From the NCBI GenBank assembly GCA_000934665.2, contig KZ538085.1, positions 62,001-126,000 on the forward strand: a stretch of 64,000 bases of DNA, in the 5' to 3' direction. This stretch comes from Catajapyx aquilonaris (Eukaryota). The position numbers and the translations under genes are program-made. A model generated the notes under the pieces. That model was not told the DNA's origin, did not search any database, and saw only the letters and a list, made by a program, of their open reading frames with translations. This document shows positions 54,658 through 64,000 of this stretch, in pieces (within the stretch, counting starts at the first letter, position 1; every line of letters starts with the position of its first letter).

Positions 54658-56327
54658 CTACAACTTTTCCTTGATTGCTTTTGCTTTTGCTTTCGCCCTG
54701 AAATATAACTTCTCATAAAATCGTTCCATGTTGTCATAAAACTCTAGCCGCCGCTGCTGATGACCTCTTTCGATCTCTCCAGCTTTGGGATACGTACTCT
54801 CGTCATGCGAATCGTACTCGGTAGGATCAACAGATGGAATGAACAGCTCACCATTGGGGTCATTCTCACCAGACGCAATTCTCTCATATAATTTTTGTTG
54901 CGCATGAATCGACTCGTCTTGGGTCTTCTTTCCTTTTGGCCGATCACTTATCCTTTCATACACTCGTATTGATTGTGCAAGGTGCTTAGATGGTAATTGA
55001 CTTTTTGTGTCATGCGATTTAACTGGTCGTCGTGTAGGACTACTTGGTACATCAGGTGTCTTGTAGCTTCCTTTTTCTGCTACTCTCTGAGGCGATCTGT
55101 TGATTGATTTGTCTGCTTCTGTTTCAGGTGATCTATCAAGTGCGCTGTCCACTTCTGTCTGAGGGTCTTGGCCTGCTGCCATCCTGACACTTGGTACGGG
55201 AGACTTCCTGCTCAGTGTGTCGTCTACCATCCTGTAGCCGTAGGTCATCTTAGCGCCCATTTTTGCACCCCTGTCAGGAGAACTGGTCGCACCATGACGT
55301 CCAGCATATTCACGCCCAAAAAATTCGCGGTATGTCCTGCACACATCGCATCGCTCGTTATCATGCGGGCCCACAATTTCACCGCAATTTGCACAGTTGC
55401 ATCCTGCAGGTACGGCTGTTCTCCACCCATGAGCTTTCCGTTGTCTGGGAGGTGATGGGGAATAGTCCCAATTGGTATCGCCTGGTATGCATCTTTGATG
55501 GAACCCTCTATGTTTTGGCGGTAGAATCTGTTGCAAGGAACATCTCTGGAGCAAATTCTCCGTTTCCCTTCCTGGGTACCGACCAATCAAGCCCGCCGAG
55601 ACATGCCGGACCACAAAAGGCGGTCGCCTATCGAGGCCAGTTTGATCCACCCATGGGCCACCTACAGTGTGAGGTCGAATATAATTTAAGCCGGCCAAAG
55701 TGGCATCCAAATGGGCTCCCAACATGGACGGCTCGGGCGAGACAACTGTCTTTGACATCACTTCCAATTTTGGGCTTAGGCAGCTCTGAAACATATTTAT
55801 CACACCTAATGTAAGTGATGAATGTATTGAATTTTTGCGCAGTACATGATAAACACACTGTGCTTACAGGAAAGTCTCTGGTGGTGTCCATGATGAGATC
55901 CAGCCCCACGGATTGTACATGTGGGCTGTTCCTCGGATACGGAAAGAGAATCTCACTTGCAGAGCACTCGAAGGATGCCAGCGTCATCTCCGCGTTATGA
56001 GATGTCTCCTGAACCATCTCGACGAACACGGATTCTCTGTCCAGTTGTTTCTGTACCCCATTGAAGTTCAGCGCCCCACGATACACCTGCAATAAAACTC
56101 AACTGTTAATTGGTTTCGCATTATCGCAGTAAGTGAAACCGGACCTTTTCGCACTCAAAGTTAGAGTTGAAGATGAGCGGAAAGACAGGCGAGACCCTCT
56201 GCGTCCTTCCTCTGAACCCAATGAGCGACACGTACAGGTGGATCATACCAGGTCTGGGCAGCGACACTCCGGGACAGGTGACGGCCTGCACCTCCAGCTG
56301 CACCACAACTTTGACCCCTCGTGACAT
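54658..56327 (-). CDS. SPATA6: SPATA6-family protein
   Basis: Exons 56327-56145, 56086-55868, 55785-54658. Motifs: VQAVTCPGV, VSPVFPLIFNSNFECEKVY, SPKLE, RRPPFVVRHV. Confidence 0.8.
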
Positions 56328-56539
56328 CCTGCTGACCTCTGACCTCCTCAAAAGTCCTCTCTCTCCACCAAAACAAATATTATGCAGTCCTTCTAATTAC
56401 ATATCTGGATCGATCATCAGCAAGGTATCCGAGGCAACACATGGGGGTTTGTAAATACCAATAATTTGTAAGGCCATTGACCTACTTTTTCAAGTTCAAA
56501 TTTCCTTCCATTTTTTTCCGAATTCGGTTTTTAAAAATG

Positions 56540-56586
56540 TGACGTCATCATGTCAACGCACTGGTGACGTCACGTGAGGCGATTGG
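56540..56586. promoter_or_regulatory. Bidirectional SPATA6/FAM32A promoter motifs: two CRE palindromes, an E-box and an inverted CCAAT
   Basis: TGACGTCA at 56540-56547 and 56565-56572, CACGTG at 56571-56576, GATTGG at 56581-56586, all within a 430-bp head-to-head gap. Confidence 0.55.
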
Positions 56587-56757
56587 AACAGGTTTCTTAA
56601 AAATGGGAAAAACTAATCGATTTATTATAACGAAATATTTATAACAAATTTAATCTGGGAATTTTTTAATATCGTTTAAAAGTAAGTGGTGTATATTAAT
56701 TTATTAAAGGAATTTCTGTTGGCAGCTTGGTTCCATTTTCGTGTTCCAAAATCTAAG

Positions 56758-57297
56758 ATGGCGGAATACGAGACGGCAAGTAAAAAGAAGCTTCAGCTGA
56801 AAGGCGTCTCCGAACTAGGAATTAAGAAGTAATTTCACCTTACAATTAATTGCAATTGTAGCCTGTACTTGCCTGACGATAATTAGTATCAGTGCACCTG
56901 CGTGTGTTGACATATGTGTAATGAAAGGTTTGGTTTTTGTCTGGCAGAAAGAAGAAGAGGAAGGAGAAGCAGTTGGTGGTGGAGCATGTTCCGAAGGTTG
57001 AGGCTCAGAACTTGGAGAAGACGGAGGAGCAGAGGAACAAGGAGCAGGCGCAGATAAGGAAGACCAAGGCGGAACTCTCGTTCTTGCAGATGCAGCAAAA
57101 GATGGTTCGTACGCTCGTTCGTACCGTGCATGAAATTGACGTGGCAGGTCTGACAAGTGCAAATCTTCTTACAGCAAACGGAGCGTATACTCCAGAAGGC
57201 CTCAAAGACGCACAAGCAGCGAGTGGAGGACTTCAATCGCCACTTGGACACCCTTACTGAGCACTTTGACATCCCGAAGGTCAGCTGGACCAAGTGA
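56758..57297 (+). CDS. FAM32A: Protein FAM32A
   Basis: Exons 56758-56828, 56948-57104, 57175-57297. MAEYE..KLQLKGV..KTKAELSF..KASKTHKQRVEDFNRHLDTLTEHFDIPKVSWTK*. Confidence 0.96.
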
Positions 57298-57930
57298 ATT
57301 TATCATCGGCATTCATCCTCGAGGGTTTTTATGGTTGTGCAAGTACGGACATGGCAAGAGAACTCGTATTGAATTCATGCTGTTTCTGTAGGACACTGCT
57401 GCATTTCATTTCGCTCGTTTCATATGTAATTATTTGAATAAAGTTATTTCGCCATTGTAACATGCATGTCTGTGGTATGCGGTCAGATCATTTTGCACTA
57501 TACAGTATTTATATTTTTAAAATAGAACCTCGGCGAACTCGCAGTAACCGGACGTACGATTTGGATGCGTATTTCAAAAGTGTAGCGTTCCAGCTCGCAA
57601 ACCAAATCATGGCATAAGCCAGGACAATAAACATGCCATTTTGATAGCAAATGTTTCACGGTTTTCCCTAGGTAATAACTCTTATGTATATGTTATGAAT
57701 GCTTCGGAAAAATGCATATCACTTGTATGCAAGACGAGGAAAGGCTTGCCAGATTAAAAATTTCCCGAGAACCTGACCTGACCTGAACCATCTTTTCCGA
57801 GGCAGTACTTTGAGTAGTACTATACCTGAAAATTTCGCCAATGATAGCTACGAATACATGTAGGAATCATAGATGTTATAGGAACGGGTAGGAATATAAT
57901 TAAGTGTCGAACTCCGGTTCCGGAGAAATC

Positions 57931-57989
57931 CTACAATCCTGATGGACTCTGCCGCATGGTTCCTGTGCCTGTAGAAGACGTTTGGAAGG
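57931..57989 (-). pseudogene. 59-bp copy of SETD9 last-exon sequence
   Basis: CTACAATCCTGATGGACTCTG..TGGTTCCTGTGCCTGTAGAAGACGTTTGGAAGG matches 59805-59863 in the same orientation. Confidence 0.75.
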
Positions 57990-58285
57990 ATAGTAACAAT
58001 TCATTGTTGGCAGACAACTTATTGTTCTGGATCATACAAAATCATGCTGATGATAAATAAACTTACCTGGCGACCATTCGAGTGTTGTCAACGCAACCTG
58101 GATAAATGTCACTGTTCTCAAACAATTAGAGATTTGCGTGTGATAACAGTTGAGACTGCTTGGGAGCATTCGCTGAGAGGGCTAGGAGTTCGGAACGCAT
58201 GAGATTTTTGGTGGTGCGGGACTGGCATGTGAGCGGTGCTGTCCTGCAAGTGGAGTAGCATGTGCAGTGAACTTGGGTCGTGAAG

Positions 58286-59488
58286 ATGCTGCTTGTGAAG
58301 TACAGGGCAGAAATGCTGATCTCCTGGATCGGCTTGATTGTCATCTGCATCATCCTGTACAACAATGACCTCTGGAACAGGGCATCACACACCCGTAGCG
58401 TCATTTTTAACCAGGGACTACGAGAGCCACTGAAGCAAATGGTAGTTATGATATAGTTGTTTTTCCCCCATCAACTTGAAAGTGACGTATTTCTCGTAGT
58501 AGGTCACCACGGACACCCAGACCATACCTGAAAGCAAACGTGATGAGCTAAATGGGCCTGATGTGAGCCCGTCTGACCCACGTGTCATTGCCAAGATGAG
58601 GTCAAAGTACCTCATCCCACCTTCGTCACTGCCCTACAACCTAAAAAGTCCACAGATCACTGACCCATCAATTGTTCAAGGGGAGAAGATCAGAGAAATT
58701 CTCGGACCCGTGGCAAGTACTGTACTACTTTTTAAAAAGAATCATCAGCCACGATGGGAATAGCGTAACTATTTCTTGCTATCCTCAGGGAAACGGTTTT
58801 TTCGTCGAATGTGGCTCACTGGATGGAGAGACCAATTCAAGCAGCCTGTTCTTCGAGAAGGAGCTGGGTTGGGAAGGACTGCTGCTGGAAGCTGACCCAG
58901 TTCACTTCGCACAGCTCGTCAAGAAGCAGAGGAAGGCCTGGATCGCCAACTCATGCCTCGGGATCCGGAACTATCCAACAGTGGTGGGCACCATCAATCA
59001 ACGCACAGTAATTATGTTAACTGTACAGGCATACCAGTACAGGATGCGTGTGTTCATTTCAGGTGTCTTTCAAGCAGCAACGGGACATAGGTCACATCTC
59101 AGACTTTGACGCAGGCCATGTTGTGGAGAAAGGTTACATGGACGTGCATTGCTTCCCTCTCTATTCATTCATGCTGGCCCTAAATAGAACCAGGATAGAT
59201 TACTTCAGCCTCGATGTTGAGGGGGATGACGTGGCCGTGCTCAGAACCATTCCGTTTGACAAGCTAGACATCAAAGTAAGCTACAAGTTACGGATTTGCA
59301 TGGTTTTTATGGACTAATGAGATCGGTTTTCCCCCCTCCAGACTCTTTCAGTCGAGTTCATTCATGGAAAGGAAGGGAAGCTGGTGATGCGCAAGTTCAT
59401 GGAGGACAAAGGGTATTACGTCCACAGTGAAGTGACTCGCCCAGACTTGATGGCCACCGATTTCATCTTCGCCAAGAAAGGGCTGTGA
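58286..59488 (+). CDS. Star-like type II membrane protein with an FkbM/Methyltransf_21 domain
   Basis: Exons 58286-58441, 58503-58712, 58789-58983, 59063-59275, 59342-59488. N-terminal hydrophobic segment. Motifs: GFFVECGSLDGE, LFFEKELGWEGLLLEADP, CFPLYSFMLALN, IDYFSLDVEG, DIKTLSVEF, DFIFAK. Confidence 0.9.
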
Positions 59489-59733
59489 AGGCTTTTGTGT
59501 AGCAATCCCGTTGCTTTCAAATGGCTTAATTTTAGGTTACAAGTTCTTTAATGTTGAAGTTTGGTTGCCCAATTGATAGTAAATCTGTGATGTTGGTATT
59601 ATTATAAACAATGGATAACAACTGCTTGTTCGGAATTAATTTTTTGAAATAATTAAACTAATGATAAGGAGTATTATTTAGAGCATTTATTGACTAGTTG
59701 AGTTTTCACAAACCGTCTCTTGCGAGGGCAGCG

Positions 59734-60715
59734 TTAGTGCACCACTGTGAAGTAGGAGGAGAGGATTTCTTCTCCTTGGGCGATCTCTCTAGTTGCAACA
59801 AGCGCTACGATCCTGATGGACTCTGCGCCGTGGTTCCTGTGCCTGTAGAAGACGTTTGGAAGGTGCCTCTGCAAGTACGGCGGGAAGGTGTGGGGCACGT
59901 TGCATTCTTGATAGGCGACGTTGGTTGCCTCGTCACTGGAGGCATTGTTGACGTACTGCCCCACGTTCAGTGGACTTAAGGGCATCCCTCCAAGCCATGT
60001 GAGGTCGCTCAGAACCTGGGTGACGACCCTCTCCCGATTTGAGCAGGATTGGTAAATGACCCTGGACAATCCAGAGTCCTTTCCATCCACGTGGACTCCA
60101 TCGATGCAGCGCAGGATGAACCGGTTGCCAATAGACGGCAGCAGCACAGGCTCGAAGCGGCGGTACACGGTCCCTGCCATGTCGACAATCACTGCCGGGT
60201 AATGACATTAATTGTGATAATTCGTACCTGGGTAGAGCGCAACGATGGATCCAGGCTTGGCAGTTCCTGAGGCCAGAAACACGCCAATCCCAGCGCCTGG
60301 AATGTTGCTCTTCTGGCGCGATATGCTGAATCCGAAGCAATCTTGCATTACCTGTAATTAGGGTATAGGCGCTTGTTTTCTGCTCAAAAGGCATGTTATT
60401 GGAATGATGCTGACCTGCATGTTCCTGCGGTTGCCTGCTTCTGGCTCAATGATAGGGGAGTAGTCTTCCAGTCGGTGGAACAGGCTGACGAGGCTCTCCA
60501 GGACCAGGTCATCGCTGATTATCTTGTCCTTGTTGCTGCCCTTCTGAACGCTCCGTACCCTTCTGCCCTTCAGGAAATAATCTCATGTAATTCTGTTCAT
60601 TTTTTTGTCCCCTCCCCTCCAACAGCTGACCTGACCTGTGCTTGAGGTTGAAGGCCAGCCAGGGAACCAGCCTGTACCTGTACTCCCTCCACTTGCTGCC
60701 CACATTACGCAGCAT
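59734..60715 (-). CDS. SETD9: SET domain-containing protein 9
   Basis: Spliced. Motifs: WREYRYRLVPWLAFNL, DKIISDD, IPGAGIGVF, GNRFILRCIDGVHVDGKDSGLS, PLNVGQYVNN, NVAYQE, LVATREIAQGEEILSSY. Confidence 0.93.
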
Positions 60716-61549
60716 TGCTGTTGTCTCCGCTAACAATTTGCCATTCCCAACCCGTGGACAAGCTGCCCACAAATCCCCTGCAAGAACCTCTACTCTCACT
60801 AGGAATTATTAATTTTAACTCGTCACATTTGGCCTCAAATTGACCGCGAAATTAATAAATGGAATATGTGTGGCCAGCTGATCGGGTAGTAGGCCACATT
60901 GTCACGTCGGAGCAAAGCAGCAAACAGGTAGTAGTAAACAGTTACAATATTAGGTTTAAATAATACAATATCATTCGCGCGGCATGGAGGCGGCCATCTT
61001 TTAGCGGATCCCATGTGCGATTTTTTCTCTCTCTCTCTTCTTTATTCCCGACATTCCGAAGCCACAATACCATCATAGATCAGACTAGCCTCATGGCTCC
61101 GAGGCCGCGGCCCCATATAGCCATGGCTGTGGCCATGGCGATGGCAGGGGCGTGGGCAGCAGGGGCGATGGCGCAGGAAAAGGGAGCCAGAATAATAACT
61201 GCTGACGAATTCTGCTGTTTTCCTCGCAATTTCTACAGGTCAAACTTTAGGAAGGAGAATAATTAAAAGGCAAAGAATCAGCCCAAGAGAATGTCTTATT
61301 TTAGCCAGTTTATTGCCATTCCTGATGGAGATGTTCATGAATATATGTGTTATATCTCCGGCACACTCTGCAAGAAGCAGACGTGTTTCAAAATTGTGAT
61401 TCTGCTCACTCAACTACGTCCCGTATCATAATTACTAGTTGGTTGGCAATGTTCTTGATCTTGAAACGTAAATAGTTAAGAAGTGCATAATAAAGTGGGT
61501 GTGTGTGGGTGTGTTTTTTAAAGCTAGAAAGCTGTGCGAAATTTATGAG

Positions 61550-62936
61550 CCTTTTAACGCTACGTCATCACAACAAAGGCGGCCGCCATGTTGGTTGGGT
61601 AAAACCCCTATCCCACCCGTGTTGTTGGCAGGGTTTTTGAGGTCTGCTGTGGCCCGTGGTTGGCCCGTGGCCTACCTACGGGGCTCCCCGACATGGCCCG
61701 CCCTTTGGAACCACTGCCGCACTACGCGAAAAGGCTTACTACGGGAGAAACAAAGAGGCGAGGCGATACGATACTCGATACGATACTCTCGTGGGTAAAT
61801 GATCGCTCCTCCTCGTGTTGTTGGCAGTGTTTGTGACGGTCTGTGAGGTTCGCCAGGGTTAATTAGTCACACTGCTACTTCCAGCAGGGAAATAAACACG
61901 GGAAATGGTTACTTTGTGCAAAGTGTGAGCTCCGCTAATCCGTCGATGTTTGGTGGGTTACCAACTTTTCTCGACCTTCCCCACTCTCCTGACGGCGGCC
62001 AACAATCTTGCCCTTCCCTCCACATCAATTTGGAACCGAAAAAGAGGCCGGCGTGGCTTACTTACTCGATATATTGTTGCAGAAATAACCCGCTCAGCAT
62101 GCCGCCATTGCTGGTTCTGCCCAACCAACATGGCCGCCGCGAAAAAAAAGGTAAACAAATAGACCTTGTCGCCGTGACGTCATATGTTTACATTTTTGGC
62201 CCGGCGGCCATATTGGGTAGAAGGAAGACCATTGTAAACATAGGGAACCAGCAGGTTTTTAATTTTTTAAACAGCGCTGAAGCAATAGGATCTTAGTAGA
62301 CGACAGACTTCCCAACAACCGGACCTATCCGGATCTTCCTGGCCCCACCCGGGATCTCCACTGTACCTTGCTCCCTCTGTACCCTCTCTTGAAAAAAATC
62401 CCAAACCTAATGTTCATTGTAGCTGGTGCACACTCCAGTGATAACTGCTACGCGAGTACAGACCCGATCGCCGTGTTTACTTTTTTTTGTTGCCCGGCGG
62501 CCATCATCTCAGAGGAAAACTATGAAGTGTATGGTACTTTCGGTCTACCAACCTCTGGTATGATCCCTGCCCGGTATAATAATCCGCCCCAGGTGCAATA
62601 TGTCACTATATGCTATATGCTATATGCTATATGTCACCATACCGTTAATAAATAGCTACAATGAACATTAGGTTTGGGATTTTTTTCAAGAGAGGGTACA
62701 GAGGGAGCAAGGTACAGTGGAGAACCCGGGTGGGGCTGGGAAGATCCGGATAGGTCCGGTTGTTGGGAAGTCTGTCGTATACTAAGATCCTAGTGCTTCA
62801 GAGCTGTTTAAAAATTAAAAACCTGCTGGTTCCCTATGTTTACAATGGTCTTCCTTCTACCCAATATGGCCGCCGGGCCTTGGCCACGCCCACCCGTGAC
62901 GTAGCGCGACAAGGTCTATACGTCACGGCTAAAAGG
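61550..62936. mobile_element. Outer non-autonomous TIR element hosting a nested relative
   Basis: Left end CCTTTTAACGCTACGTCA..GGCGGCCGCCATGTTGGTTGGG. Right end CCCAACCAACATGGCCGCC..GTAAACAAAT [insert] ACGTCACGGCTAAAAGG. Confidence 0.55.
62161..62917. mobile_element. Foldback MITE (757 bp) with long inverted arms and AT target duplication (ISL2EU/PIF-Harbinger-like)
   Basis: Termini AGACCTTGTCGC / GCGACAAGGTCT; AT at 62159-62160 and 62918-62919. Arms 62198-62424 and 62654-62879 are nearly identical inverted copies of about 225 bp. Confidence 0.85.
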
Positions 62937-64000
62937 TTGTCAGATTCCGCACTGCAGAACCGTACCCTGGCTAGCTCAAGTACTGGGTTCAGTAATGATA
63001 CTACGGACTGGGGATAAATCAGTGTGTATTACGATTCAGAGGTTACAGAGCCCAACCCGCACACTCCTGCTCGGGTGGCAGACAGGGACCGACTGGGGAA
63101 GGTGGGGCGAACCCCCCCTCCTCCTTACAAAGGGTGAAAAGCTTTCCGCAGGGGCAACCATGTGGCAGGGTTGCCACATGGTGTCACAATACCCCACGTT
63201 ACAAAAATCAGCAGACACCTGCTGATGTCACTTCAAAATTCCCCCTCCTACTACTAAAAGTTCAAATCACTTAACACATGTTCCATCCAGCGAGCTCAAC
63301 TGGAAAGAAATTTTTTCACATACACACACATGCACACCAACATGTAGATTCGTCCACGCTGCATACTACTGGATCCCAGTTCCGGCGTCCCGGAAGCCGC
63401 ATACGCACACAGGCAGCCATGGTACAAAAGTCCAGGCAGCACACGCCAAACACACGCTTCGCAGGAGGTCCCATCTTCAGAAAGCTCCTCGAAGAAATCA
63501 ACAGCAGTGCCATTCCAAAACCCCGGAATGCGCACAAGTCCAGGTCATGCACCTCAACAAGTGGCACATCCACTCATGACCAGTGCACCGGCTGAGAAGC
63601 ATCCCAACCACAACACACGCGACTCGCACGTGCCACAGGATAACAGCTAGTCTTCATCCACTACGTCACCACAGTTCAGCACATCAACCACATGCTCACC
63701 TCCTGGAAAGGTCCTTCCACGTGACGACGTCTTCTCCTCCTCTTCTTCTCTCCATCCAGCTGATCACAGCCAGAACAGCCAGCAGCACCATCGTTATCGG
63801 TGGGACAGCAGCTGGCGACTCGAGAGATGACACATCACTCCAGCAGTCCATCGTAGCCCCCACAAGCAGCTAACGACAATCACCCCAGTGTCGACGGCCG
63901 GGTACGGTGGTCAGGTGTCCTAGGACCTCGCTCAAGGACTTTCAGCCCCCTTTTCCAGGCAGGAGTGGCACTTTGTGTTAACCACCCCCACCCTTCTCCC

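Noticed and set aside
61015..61266. GC-rich ORF upstream of SETD9
   Set aside because: No family similarity or splice support in any frame
63278..64000. GC-richer stretch with overlapping ORFs
   Set aside because: No recognisable domain; may be a TE or gene continuing beyond the window

Overview
Eukaryotic, intron-rich animal DNA, most likely arthropod (TAACC/TTAGG repeats, peritrophin-A proteins, Star-like methyltransferase, many 55-70 nt introns). The taxon cannot be fixed from the sequence. In order, the window holds: the 3' part of OSBPL9; a gene-poor stretch with TE relics (about 9-17 kb); three secreted CBM14/peritrophin-A proteins with long Thr/Pro/Tyr (TYLPP) repeats, interrupted by a tandem pair of HAD-IIA phosphatases; then a dense housekeeping block. 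That block contains RPS11 (two intronic box C/D snoRNAs), TPRA1, two tandem genes with a coilin-N-like domain, an SLC17-family transporter, PGGT1B, SPATA6-like, FAM32A, a Star/FkbM-type gene and SETD9. The window ends in nested MITEs. Most notable: (i) two paralogous U35/SNORD35-type snoRNAs in RPS11 that appear to have reciprocally lost one guide each; (ii) a tandem-duplicated coilin-N-like gene pair, one copy with an in-frame TAG in an otherwise open frame and the other with a hairpin MITE in its 3' UTR; (iii) a mosaic CBM14-TYLPP family with an unrecognised shared C-terminal module. All gene models were spliced by eye and names rest on remembered family motifs; no database search was run.
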